A stretch of 55,103 bases of DNA, filler included, from Catajapyx aquilonaris (lineage: Eukaryota): assembly GCA_000934665.2 (NCBI GenBank). It is 3 parts of 3 records of this genome, joined end to end, with 100 filler letters (N's around TTAATTAATTAA, not from the genome) between each part and the next. Parts side by side here need not be neighbours in the genome. Positions count along the whole stretch, not along the records: positions 18,570 to 36,788 come from JYFJ02006743.1; 2 more parts are not named here. One strand, given 5' to 3'. The notes beneath the pieces were generated by a model. The model was not told the DNA's origin. It made no database searches and saw nothing but the letters and a program-made list of their open reading frames with translations. Below, piece after piece: positions 23,909-36,888 of the stretch. Each line of letters opens with the position of its first letter. Position 1 is the stretch's first letter. Position numbers and translations under genes: made by a program.

Positions 23909-26900
23909 AGCTCCGCGATTTCTACAAGTTGAAGATGAAGACGATACGCGCACAATTGGCACAAATGCAATGGTATCTATTGGCCCACAAAGTCTATCTG
24001 AAGCACTACCAAAATCACAGCCAATAAAACTCAAGTGGCCACACTTCTCCGTCCACCCAACACAAGAGCTCTGACAGCAATGGTCAGACCCTAATGGGAA
24101 TTGGGAATGAGGAAGTCTCCAGGGGTGAAAAAGGGGGTGTATGGGTCAGAGATAATGCCAACATTGGTGCCGTGTGGGCAACCCCCCAAAACAAAGGACC
24201 CAGAAAAACCCTGAGGGCCTAACCGGTGGCCAGTGGTCATGTTGACGTGAATCACCATTAGCATGATACATATTTTTGGATGGCATGTGGCAGACATAAT
24301 TACTCATATACTTGTTTGACTGGTGCACCTACTGTAAGAGCAGCAGAGAGGGATTTGCGATAATGATGCGGATTAAAAGGAAATGCAAATTATTCATGCA
24401 AATTCAATGCAAAAATTAAGTCTACTGCCAAATTATGCGTCAGATTTTTTTGCACACTTTACACAACGAGTTTCAAGCAGAGTCGTTCTCTTTCGGAGGT
24501 AATATTGCACAGCGGTTTGGATTTTTTTTTTGTTATAATTAGTTAATTAATCTCGGCGTACTTCTGTTATAATACAGGGTGGTGTACTTCCCCATAGTCC
24601 ACGCTGCAACAATATTACAGCCGAGGGATAAGTTTCGGATTGTGTACCCTTTTTGGTGTACCACAAACTCAACCATGTGGCAGCAGCAGCCTGCTTGTTT
24701 TATTTAGTTAGTTAATTTCAGTACAATCCATAATTTTTCGCCTTTTACATTGGATAGACCATCCGGTACGATACGTTATATGAAAATCTAGGTCTGTTTA
24801 AGCTAACTCCCGCGAATCTTTGTCGCGATAAGGTGCGGAAATTCGTTGCCATTCTTTCGAAAACACTATACATTCATCAGTTCACTGCATTGGAAATTAC
24901 ACGTCAATCAGTGACAATGGTGATTGACTCACGCCCTGACGTCACCTGATTATACAAACAGGTAATTCCAAGTAATTCACCGGAACAATGGGGGAAAAAA
25001 TGCATTTTTTTCAGACAAGTCGGATTTACTAGTTTATATGCCAAGGGTCTGCAATTTTAGTATGGGCATACATTTATTCATATACAGTATTAAACCAATG
25101 AGGGTGTGCGCTGTGAGCAATTAAATAACAATAATTTACATCGAGCATGGAAACGTAATTTGCAATCTAAATACACTGTACTCCTGGTTATCCAGATGCG
25201 GCGAATCGGGAGTAGGCCTACAGTGTATGCGAACTGTATTTAAAATGTAATTGACAATGAAAATGGCATATTGAAGACAAATCTGATTTATCAAGATAGG
25301 CCAAGGGAAACATTCCCTGCAATTTCATTATTTTTTATTTATTCACATGTTATACTCCACATAAGGGAAGCGCCTTTTCCCTGTGGGCAATTGAAATTTT
25401 GTTATTTTTACATCGAGCATGTATGCATAATTTGCAATAAAAATGTGTCTGAGAAATAGTGCAAAATATATATACTGTATTTTAAATATGTTGTCTCGTA
25501 ATCCTGCTGCAAATATGCAATCATCATGCACCCATGATGACTATTTCACGAACGAGTATGACGAATTTCCAAGCAGCATTGCATCACCTTATTTTGTACC
25601 CTTCCGGAGCATGACACATTCCTGGACCCCTATCCATCCTCCTCAAGTCTGGTTCAAACAAACCCAAGCTGGAATGGCCTTTCAACCCCCTGGCCAGAGG
25701 GACAGACTGTCTGTCGCCTGTATGGTGCCTAAACAGTACGGTGTTGCCAAACTGATATTGTATCTGGGGAAAAGGACAAGTCTGGGACAAATTATCAAGG
25801 TGTAGGCTTCTGATTCACATCTGTTTGAAAAGTGGAAAAGCAACATGAGTAGTCCTGAGACAAGGGTTGTGGCACCTGTGATGTTGGCATAAAAGGGCAG
25901 TGTGACTCATTCTAGTGATAATTTGTTGAGTGTTCATATCATTTTCTAAGAAAACAATCTGAAACAAGATCACTAATTTAAAATATACAAATTATTCCTA
26001 GTGCCATCGTGCATTACAATATATTAGTCATTCCAGTATCAATGATAATACTCAATAGCTCAATGATAGCATCAAGATAGCAAGCTTGTAGTTTTACAAA
26101 TTGCTTGTTTGACTTCTATGACATCATCTTGATTATGCCATAGAAGCAATTTGTTAAACCTCATCCCTGGACCACCTTGCCTGCTAATGATATGTTGTTT
26201 TTTTTTGCCCCTAATTAGATAAGGACACAAACCCTGATTGCATCAAGGTGAACATGATCGGTTCAACTGATGGAAATCTAGCTACATTCATCAGCTGCAT
26301 CTGTGAATAGGGGGAGGTCACACCATGCCTTCCTTGACCAGTACCACAAGCTGCAGTCCATCTCCCAATATGGTGAGCTTAGAAAAATGTGTTAACGATA
26401 TTGATGAGTGTCCCTTAAAACGGCACTGGGTGACAAAAAGCTGATAAATGCTGACCTTCCTCAAATGTATTTAAAAAAAACCTGTACAGCCTGCTGGACA
26501 GATCATTATTTATGTTAATTTCATGAAAAGTAATTGTATGAATATCAAGGTATAATTACAGTAGATCTGAATCCAATTACAGTATTCCCTGCTTGCACTC
26601 TTGGGCTGACAACCTTAATAAATGAACATAAAAATGCACTGTACAAGCACCTTACCAATTTAGTGAAAAATAAATTTGTCCCCAAGAATTATTGATATAT
26701 TTTATGTGCCACCATCAGTGATTTCAAATGAAAATGTGACACGGTTTTTTCTTTTCTATGATGGCATGGCATGAGTAGTAAAAAAAATTCAGATTTGAAT
26801 ACAATTTTTCTTCTTGAAATCTTTACCGTTTAATAGCTGGAATATGCGCAGAATTTTCAGTTTTAATTCCGCTGTAGCAATTCCTACAAATATTTTCATG

Positions 26901-28017
26901 TGCAACTTTGGTCACACTTTCATATTTCATTCGATATATTATTATGAATAATGCACACTGCAAGACATATAGGCTTATTGTTATTCAGCATTTATTTCAG
27001 TGGGCATCATGTATTATAATTTAATGTAACAAGCATTATTAGTCACGTTTTAGACTTAATTGTGCGTGAGATAGTATAGTTCAGCACATGGATGTGCGGA
27101 ATGATTTGCATACATTGCATATACTTCCTTTTCGTGTAATTACCATATTATTGCAGGTGCCAGCATCTATCTGTCGATCCCAGAGCAGCACACAGCAAGC
27201 CCTGTCAGGTGTACGGCGGTGACAAACACAACCATGCACGACAACACTCGAGGGCGACACAACAACACAACACACGTGGCTCTTGCACGTGGTCAGTATA
27301 ATAAAAAAATAATCAAGCGCGACCAAGCAACTATTTCTCTGGTAGAGTAGCTGTTACGCTACTGTTGGCCCACCGCTCAAGATTGCCAACTGTCCCGAAT
27401 TGTACTGTACTCCACGAATAATTATTATTGTTGGAGAGTTCATTTGGAGAGAGATAATTTGCGCCATGGTTTTAGTTTGGGTTGGGCAGGTGTGAAGGGC
27501 ATGTTCCTGGCTGGATGCTGCAACGGGTGAGTTCCAAAAAGGGATGGAGGAAAAAGGGATGGGAAGGAACCTAGTTGGTGGGAAACTCACTATTGCAGGT
27601 GTGAGTGTTCCGGAATGTTCTCTTGAAGTAGACACTATAGGAAAGCTTCGTCAGGTGATCAAGCTTAAGGCCATAAGAACAGTGTTTTGAGTCACAATTG
27701 CCTTTCAAGTGTTGTTAGTGCGAAGGTCATGGGCACTCGGGGAAAGACCACAGATCAACACAACCTCAGAAAATTATGGTTGACAAATTTGTGAGGGACC
27801 ATCCCCATACCATTCATGCGTTTCAGTTCCGGGTCATTCGTACGCACGAAATGAACATGCATCGTCGTGTGATTGTTTTTGTCATCACAGGAGAAGACGT
27901 ACCGCAGGTTCACAAAAGCAAGTGCTAGACACATTCAGACTTACACAGGGGCAAACTAGCTTATTTGGATTTTTAAGGTGTATTCTTACAATCTGACATC
28001 CATAGTGTGTTTGTTTA

Positions 28018-28270
28018 GGGCGACACGGTGGCCGAGTGGTTAGCGCCACAGCCGTCCACCTCTAAGGTCCCGAGTTTGATCCCCAGGTCGGACGGAGGAT
28101 ACTTATGTGGATAGAGTTTCGATGGGTTCTCTCCGTGTTCGCGTGGGTTTTCTCGGGGTTCTCCCGTTTCCTCCCACTATCAAAATCCATCACATTACAG
28201 GCAAATGATTAAAATCGGTTATTCAAAAGATGATCCCCTAAGAGGCCCAAGGGGCCTATCACGGGGTATC

Positions 28271-28338
<68 letters not shown>
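28018..28338 (+). mobile_element. tRNA-derived SINE with V-domain-like central core (family B)
   Basis: A box GGTGGCCGAGTGG, B box GAGTTTGATCCC, core GTTCTCTCCGTGTTCGCGTGGGTTTTCTCGGGGTTCTCCCGTTTCCTCCCAC resembling the V-SINE domain, (ATT)n tail, 13-bp TSD AGTGTGTTTGTTT. Confidence 0.88.
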
Positions 28339-28541
28339 GAAGTGTGTTTGTTTGGACATCATGCTCCATGTTACAGGTATGCCAACATTGTATAGCCGTA
28401 ATTATTGCAAAGGTTACTACCGAATCAATGAGTTACTCCTATGGAAAAGTATTTCATAACCTGAGCAACGCCGAGTATCCTGCTAGTACCACATACACTC
28501 TTTCTCTCTATATCTTTTCAGGAAAGACTCAGGTGAACAGG

Positions 28542-31382
28542 ATGGGTGCAATGCTCAAACGACGCTTTATTTTCTTGGTGGGTCTCTCTGCCTGTTCATG
28601 GGGTGTATTCACTTGTGTACTCTTTCTTCAAAGCCCATCAGGAGTGAAACCTGAGGATGTGAGTATATGTTAACATAAAGAAGGGTTCATGACCTTCTGA
28701 CAGGAATCTCTCCCACTGCTGCTAATTAGAATTATTATTATGCACATGGGATCTATTATTTAACTAGCTGTTAAATGAAATTTCTTCCTCAATTTGACAC
28801 ATTTTAAGCACCTGAGAAAGCCATTCTATTTGGCATGGACATTTAACCATCTTTCCATGTCTTTGGTGTTGAGACATGACCATGAACTAATTTCTGGCCT
28901 TGAGTACTGTCCATCTAAACTCTAACGGGATAATTGCAGTGTTTTAAGTGAATTTCAAGTGTATGCCCTGTCACTTTCTCCTTGCTTCATAATTGACACT
29001 TGCATTCTCGTAGCTTACTGTCAGAGCACTTACAATATGTGAGAATGGTCCCAGTACTATTGCCCGAATGAGATTACTCCAGTGTGCAAGACAATCATGT
29101 TGTTCATTGATCATTATCTCACAGAAAGCCCTTTCCCTGTACAACTACCTCAACAAGTTGGACCAAGAGCTGAAGGTTCAAATGCACTTGAGCAAATCTC
29201 TATTAAGTAACTCGCAGCAATTGAAAACTAAGCCGTGTATGTATTGCATCATGCTTAGAATTTTTTTAAAATCAGTGTGAGTTGAATTTCCAACTGCTTT
29301 TCAGGGACCAAATCCATGTACCAGATCCTGCTGCATTCAGGCAACGGGCCTGATGCTGACAATAAGAGAGAGACGAAGGGTGTTCTATCTCTTGAGCGGG
29401 ATGCCTCAGAGGTCAGGTGTTTGTTTAGGTTCCGCAAGGAACCCTATTAATATTTATAGTATTTACAGGCAACTGAGGCAACCGGAGCTGTTGAGCCTGT
29501 GATAGCTGTTCTGATGTTGGCTTGTAACAGAGTGACTGTGAAACGAGCTCTTGATCGCCTGCTGCAGTTCCGTCCCTCTGCAGCCCACTTCCCCATAGTT
29601 GTCAGCCAGGATTGTGGACATGTCAACACAACACAAGTTATTCGAGCGTATGGAGATCAGCTTGTTCACATTCAGGTGAGCGACTCAGCAGCATTACTAC
29701 CATTCTGGGGAATAAAGGCACATCTGCACATTGCAAATGAGGTCATGTTTTCCTTCAAGTTTCTTGGCCTCATTTCCCTTCTTGAAATGTGCAAATGTAG
29801 TACCTTTAAAAAAAAGTAAGATGGCAGATTTCTCCCAAGCTCAGCCGTTCGATGTAATTCTTTTGCAGCAACCAGACTTGAGCGACATCCCTGTTCCGCC
29901 TAAAGAAAAGAAGTTGAAGGGGTATTTTAGGATATCACGCCATTATGCCTGGGCTTTGAATCAAACTTTTCACAGATTTAACTATGATACTGTCGTTATA
30001 GTGGAGGGTAAGTTTATGGTACTGTTCATGTATAAGGAAAACTGTCACCGCTGGTTTTTTTTATAGATGACCTGGATGTTGCTACAGATTTTTTTGATTA
30101 TTTCCTGGGCACTTACTCAATCTTGAAGAGTGATCCCACACTGTGGTGTGTGTCTGCATGGAATGACAATGGGAAGGAAAGACTTATTGATGAAAACCAG
30201 CCTGAGCTCTTGTATCGCACAGATTTCTTTCCTGGACTGGGTTGGATGATGACAAAGACGTTGTGGCTGGAACTTCAATCCAAGTGGCCCAAAGCGTGAG
30301 TACCGTGTTTTTTTTTGTGATGCACTGCTATTCAAAGGCTAACAGTTAGCTCCACGTAGTTACTGGGATGATTGGATGAGGCAACCAGAGCAGAGGAGAG
30401 ATCGAGCGTGCATTCGACCAGAGGTCTCCAGAACGAAGACTTTTGGAAAGAAAGGAGTTAGCAGGTAAGTTGCCCTTGCCACCTTCATTAAAACACATGG
30501 AGGATGCTTGATAACATTCGGCTTTCAACATCAAGGATGTCAACAGGTATTTGATTGTAAGGGGTCATGTTTGGATAAAAGACTTCCCGTTAACTATTCT
30601 CCATTTGGGTTGTAATCATTTGCATAAAACTTTTCTGTGTGTTGCCATGAGAAGCATAATCATCACACTTATTTTTACAGTGGCCTCTTTTATGATACGC
30701 ATTTAAAGTACATAAAACTCAATGAGAAGCATGTGCCTTTCACCAGGAGAAATTTAACGTACCTCCTAAAGGTGAGGGGTGTTGCAGGTTGGAGTGCAGA
30801 ATTGCAAATTTAACTGGTTTGTTGTTCTGTACAGGATAATTATGACGTACAGTTTGTGAAGCAGGTGTATGACAGCCCCGTCGTTACACTGGCGGAGCTT
30901 ACGAGCAACGCAGTTAAATATGATGGGCCAGTGAGGATCACGTATCGCACGAAAGTTTCCTACAAGTTGACAGCCAAGATGTTAGGGTTAATGGTTGACT
31001 TCCGGGTAAGTGCTTGTTTCACTGTTGTAACATGACATCTAACAAAATAATGTAAAAAAAATTGATCACACGTTATCTTGCACAAATAAGCGAATCCATG
31101 AACATAGAACATTTATACAAAATAATGAGGATTGACTGAAAAGTGCGTCAAGTAAAAACCATTTACAAGTCAGAGAATGAAGGAGAAAATAGGTCATTGC
31201 TTCCATTCCTTCTTCCGTGTCAACCACAACCAGTGATTGTAATTTCTGCCTTTTTGTGTGTTCTATAGAGTGGAGTCCCAAGGAGTGGCTATCGAGGCAT
31301 AGTCAGTTTCATGCATAATAAGAGGAGAGTGTTTCTTGCCCCAAGTGCAAATTGGCTTGGGTATGATCCCTCGTGGAGGTAG
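28542..31382 (+). CDS. MGAT1: Alpha-1,3-mannosyl-glycoprotein 2-beta-N-acetylglucosaminyltransferase (GlcNAc-TI, GT13), ~463 aa, 10 coding exons
   Basis: Exons 28542-28658, 29125-29236, 29305-29411, 29469-29675, 29869-30007, 30067-30295, 30360-30464, 30681-30771, 30835-31005, 31269-31382. Type II TM N-terminus; motifs [82 protein letters not shown]. Stem exons 2-3 least certain. Confidence 0.96.
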
Positions 31383-31619
31383 CATCAGCTTCCTAGCCCT
31401 TGCAACAGAAGCAGCAGCAGCAGCAGCGGAAGTAAGGTTGTGAAGGAAGGACAGTGAGGTGAATGGAGCACTGGCCGTTGCCAAGCTGCAGGAGTAGTCA
31501 CCTTGCGACCGAGTGGGCTGAGGTGATTTTAGCGTGTTGTGTGGGATTGAATGAGCCCAGTGAAGTTTTGCAAATGTACCCCTCCCTTGTCGTTTGTTTT
31601 TTGCTTTTACATCATCATC

Positions 31620-32018
31620 ATCATATTCATCACGGCGTTTCCCCAAAAAACTGGGGTGCCAGCTGATAACAAGGAGCCTAACATTTGACAAGTAGTTCTT
31701 TTTGGGCATCTGGAGGTTTTCCTGCCCTCTTTCATCCCCTGTACGGTGATGGTGTTGAGGTCTGGAGGAGCCAACAGCTCGTCATTGAGATGGCTATCCT
31801 GCCTCACCCTTCCTGTGTTGCGGACGTCTCCAGGGATTATGCCGATGTCAACAACTCAGCTAGTCCGAACAGTCGGCATTCTTTTGCATCCCATTTCTGC
31901 GAGTACCTGACAAGTCTCCAGAATTTTTAAATATCTGATCATGTATGAGGGTAGCAAGGACCTCCTTGTTATCCGCTGGCACCCCAGTTTTTTTGGGAAC
32001 AGCCATGATGAATATGAT
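31620..32018. mobile_element. MITE with ~55-bp TIRs just downstream of the MGAT1 stop
   Basis: ATCATATTCATCACGGCGTTTCCCCAAAAAACTGGGGTGCCAGCTGATAACAAGGAG matches the reverse complement of CTCCTTGTTATCCGCTGGCACCCCAGTTTTTTTGGGAACAGCCATGATGAATATGAT. Confidence 0.8.
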
Positions 32019-32827
32019 TATTGCTTTTACAATTTACGTAAATTAATATATTATGAAATAGATTATGTAATATATAAATAATATATTTTAGAAAGGCTGG
32101 TGCTGACACTTGAAAGACTGATAGAGCCTTGGCAACGATTGGGCCTGTCATGACGCCGTTATAGTAACACTGCTTTTGTACCATATTTGTGTGCGCGCGG
32201 GAGTGCGACTTCCAGTGACAATTATTCCGTCATAACAGTCTTCCGTACATCCCAGGCATAGTGACCGAAGTGTTGCCTTTACAAAGGCTATAGATGAAGA
32301 CTCATGAAAGTTACTGGTACAAGTTGTAAAAGGTGACAGTACTTGGTCCAGCTCTTTCTCTGGCAGATGAAGCACAACACTTCTGTGGCCCTTCCTTTCT
32401 TAAGTGACTGATTGCTTTGGATGTCATCATGTGACTTATATCAAACAATCCTGTCCTGCTTTAATTTGTGTACAGAAAGCTTTTTTATCTAGAGGACAAA
32501 ATATTATGTTCATCATTTGAGACTTTCTACATAGTGAGCGTCTTTGGAAATTCTTGCCTCTATAGGTTGCTGCAGAGGTATTACAGGGTGTTACTGGTAA
32601 CTCTGGCAAAAATCACAGGGTGGGTAGAGGCCTCATAGGCAAGTATTTTGAGCTTAGTGCTTAGGTACACATGTCCAGAAATGCGCCCATATGGCGGTAT
32701 GCAATACCAAGAGCATGGCCAACCTGCAGCACATTCCAACCTACTGCGTACCTGTGCAGATGTGCCACCAGTCTCTGCACTCTTGTTGACCACAATAATT
32801 ATTGGAGTGTTACAGTAATGAATACCG

Positions 32828-33050
32828 AAGCAGGTTGGCATATAGTGGATAGGGCGTCCGACTGCTAATCGGGAGGTCCTGGGTTCGAATCCCGGGGCCG
32901 GCAACCCTGACCGTGGTTTTCCACGGTCTTCCTAGGATAATTCCGGGGTCGCTTCCGTATAATAGGCCACAGCCGCTTCCTTCCTTCCCTATCCTTGGAG
33001 GTTGAAAGGCAATGCTGGGCCAACCTCCTTAAATGTATCAATTATAAAGT
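32828..33050 (+). mobile_element. tRNA-derived SINE, family C
   Basis: A-box-like TTGGCATATAGTGG, B box GGTTCGAATCCC, downstream GGCCACAGCCGCTTCCTTCC; related decayed head at ~4709-4770. 3' boundary approximate. Confidence 0.7.
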
Positions 33051-33741
33051 AATGAATACAAAACAAAAATTGCAAAAAAAATTTCAGGCATATCTGTGGT
33101 AATTTGATCTATTTAAAAATTTACCTTCTGCCCAAATTTTGTAAGGCTATCCTTTTGGTTGGTTGATCCTTCTTTCCCTACCGTAGAGGTATTGGCCGCT
33201 GGACATTCTCGTCTGTGGCAATTTACTCACAGTGAAACTCCGCATTTTATTATTCTCGCTCGTTAGACATTATTATAACAATATTGCAGCCTACCACCTT
33301 CCATAATAGCTACGTCAACACGCCCTGTGCAGTCCCCAAACACCTGTAAGTACTCCACCAGTACTACATGCACTGTGCTTGTAGACTGCAATTGAAGTGC
33401 CAACAGCAACAACCCTTTTCTTGTTGCAGATATGGAGCCCACACATGCATCAGGAAAGCATGTGCTGCAACCCAAGCGCAGCGTGAGAGTGTGTACAGCA
33501 TACCGGACTGCTGCTGTGAACTACTGAACAAGCAGCCACCACTGGAAGAACCTACCCTCCCAATGACGTACGCCAACGTGAAACCATGGGATAAGTACTC
33601 CGTACAGGGGGTGCCTGTAAGTTGAAGGTGAGAGAGCTGTAATGTATTTATCTCACCAGGAAAAGGCAAAAGGCCCCCAGGTTCAAGCATGAAACATGTG
33701 TTTTCATATAGCGTGATTTCATGTGATATTTGTTGCACATA

Positions 33742-34164
33742 CATGGGTTGTTTCATAAGTCGTGGCATGTATTTTTAAATTCAAAAACAGTAACACACAC
33801 AGAGATGATCTTTGCCCTAGTTTTGAAGCTCCAGCGATTACAATTTGAGGGCGATTGTTTTTTCAAACGGTTTGTGGCGATGGATGACACATGGCTCCAG
33901 TCATAGTGCTCTGACGTGTCCCACACTCGAAAGCAAGCTCCTGTGTTGCCCATCACGGAGTGTCCAGCATGCAGCGTCCAACAGCTCCAAGTGCAGAGTC
34001 ATGATCCCCTTTTCTTTCCCTCCCTCCCCGGCAATATGGGCGGCATCTATATGCCAGATCAAATTGAAATCACCGAAGCTTCCAAACTCAGCGAAGGTCA
34101 TCTCTGTATGTGTTACCGTTCTTTAATTTAAAAATATGCGCCATGACTTATTAAACAACCCACA
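33742..34164. mobile_element. Mariner-like MITE with ~110-bp TIRs
   Basis: TA|CATGGGTTGTTTCATAAGTCGTGGCATGTATTTTTAAATT...AGAGATGA pairs with TCATCTCT...AATTTAAAAATATGCGCCATGACTTATTAAACAACCCACA|TA. Confidence 0.8.
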
Positions 34165-36399
34165 TATGTCCAAAGTATTACAAGGGTTGACTTTGGATGA
34201 GTCTTACCTGCTTCATTGGTGTACTCAGTCCTGATCGTGACAGCTGGAACTTTTCTCGATTGGCTTGATCTCACCATATAGATGGAAAGAGTACGAGAGG
34301 ATATTATGGTGCAGTCCAGTGCCAGACTGACCATCGAGTGACGGGAGGACAGGTTCATAGATGATTAGAGAATAAAAGCCTCCAATCCTTAACAGAGTAA
34401 GTCGTGTTGAGAGATGTATACCCATGTTGTCAGGAGCCTGGCCATTGCTCAGTTCAAAAGATCACGTCCTGATGCGGCCTTTCTATAATTCCCCATGTGC
34501 CAGTTTGACTGTGAGCAATTCGTAAGGCCCATGCATTGTATCAGCTTGCAACTTAAATAAAAGGATGGGAAATCAATTGAGCAAATTCTTCTTGGAAGTG
34601 ATGAAATGCAATATATTGTTTCCACAGCTTCAACCTGATATTAGCCTGTAAACATCCTTCATCAGCTGCTTCCTCATACTAATCTCTATCCAGTAATTGT
34701 TCCTAGGATACTTGTTTCAACTAGTTTTAAGATCACATGTCGCACACTGCAGCTAGTAAAAGTCCCTCATCAAATGACACCATCGCATGAAGCCCTCGTA
34801 ACATGAACGTGAGCACCCAAAGCATAACAATGTGCCTGAAGATACTTGCAGATTTGTTAACATTTTGCCTCATTGCATTGTTGCCCTTTATTGTTTAAAA
34901 TAATGGAGACTATTTTTTGAATGGCAGGGAGAAAACTTGACCTGGTCTAGATCTTATGCACCATTTGGTTGTTAGGCAGAGTGACACAAACTATTATAAA
35001 TAAGTTGATACAAAATATTATCAGCAGCCTAATGTGAAATAATACCGTATTTATTGTCCCACACATATTACAGATTCACAGCAACTTTTCCCAGTGTCAG
35101 CAGGAATCCTTTTGTGGAGAAAAGGAGTGCAAAGTGTGGCCAGGCATGTTTTTTCAGGAAGAAGCTATTTCAGTCCATGTCACGCAACATCTCTTGCAAC
35201 GGCTAACATATAGGATTCGGATTGAAACTACGTCCAAAAGGTACTGCAGGAAAGAGTATATACCTGAGAAACAAACCTCTTGATTCATACATCGCTCCCT
35301 GTAAGACTGCAACACCTCGGAGAAGTGCGCCAGGCCCTTCTTTGACTTTTGGAGAAGATGCTTGTTAACAGCAGTGGTTGCTTCCTGTTACATTTTTCTA
35401 ACCTTTTTGTCTTTCTTCCAGGTCTGAATCTACTATTGGAAAAGGTATTCATATCCAGTGTTCATATGCCGCGCCAAAATTTTGACTTAATCATAGATGG
35501 CGGCACATGTTCACAATAGACCCAGAGTTGGCCCCAGAACAAGTGGACTCCCCTTATTACGTCATAAAAGCAATTAAATCATGACCACTGTAAGTAATTA
35601 TGGTGTCATTTTCTACTTGAATGGTTTCGGTAACATTGCTGATCGAGTAACAATTACCAATACCCATGATTTAATCAGGCAGCAAATGATGCGGGCCTGC
35701 CAAAACCCAAAGTCCTTGCCTCAACCTGGTTCAGCTGTGCTTTGATCCGCCTCTGTACTTTCCTTATGTAATTACATAGTTCACTATATCGTCAAACCCA
35801 ATTCTGACATTTACATTTGACCCAATTTTTGTAGGAAAGGGGTGGTCTTATACCACCCCGCCCAAAAACCAAATCAAAAGAAAAGAACTGGGCCCGTGGT
35901 CCACACCCGTTCATTGGGTGCGTGCAGCCCATGTGCAGCATAGCAGACCTCTTCATTTTTTTGTTGGATGCTCCATCGCATGATCTACTGAATACGCACC
36001 TAGCACTGGAAAAAACCTGTGCCCTCCCAACGATGTAGTCCAACTTGACAGCAAGGAGCAAGTACGTACAAGGGAAGGTCTCGTGCATGGCAGGCAGCGC
36101 TGGATTGAGTTGAAGCTAGGTGAGATCTTTATAGTACGGCGGCTTATTGAAAGTATTATGCACTTCGAGCCAAAAGCGATTTTAATTTTTTTTCGTGATG
36201 TACGCACCATAAGGAGCATTTTGAGGGTTGGAGCCACCTCCAAAGGTGTCTGGTAATTGTTGTACACCCCCGCAAAGTTTTATATGTGGCATAAGTGAAA
36301 ATCGTGTGTTATCTGCGTATTTGTTGGGCTACGGTGGTCATCCTGGTGTCATTTCCCATGTTTTCAGGGTCGAGAACTCAATTCTGGCAAAATCAGGTC

Positions 36400-36657
36400 G
36401 TTATAAGTGAAACCTGTCCATAACGGACCCTGCGTGTAACGGAAACCTGTCCATTCCTAATTTTTTTAAAGAACGGACATATGGACAGGTCATGCATTCG
36501 CGGTATACTCCGAAATGAAAGCGAGTCCAGCCGGAATTTTCCGGAATGGACACGTTTCCGCTAAATACGGAAACCTGTCCATTCCGGACAGCAAAACGAC
36601 ACAATGACGCCACATAACGACGAAAATCACGAACGATAATCCTTACACACACCCCTG
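36400..36657. mobile_element. Probable DNA transposon end with subterminal repeats (hAT-like)
   Basis: Repeated GAAACCTGTCCAT (~36409, ~36442, ~36570, inverted variant ~36481), CpG-rich, ends in CACACCCCTG; partner end not found. Confidence 0.4.
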
Positions 36658-36788
36658 ATTAAGTTTGCATCAGATTCCCTCTACATTGGCGATAAGATGA
36701 CTTACCATTACATATCACCATCCTTGCTCTCCTGACAACCGCCACACTTACAGAGTGTCGTGCAGGGAAGACCAACCCTGAAGCAACC

Positions 36789-36888
36789 NNNNNNNNNNNN
36801 NNNNNNNNNNNNNNNNNNNNNNNNNNNNNNNNTTAATTAATTAANNNNNNNNNNNNNNNNNNNNNNNNNNNNNNNNNNNNNNNNNNNN
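36789..36888. other. Artificial contig spacer N44-TTAATTAATTAA-N44
   Basis: Identical to the spacer at 18470-18569. Confidence 0.95.

Noticed and set aside
34200..34870. Pseudogene-like stretch on the - strand
   Set aside because: Multiple stops and no recognisable family motif; unsupported without a search.
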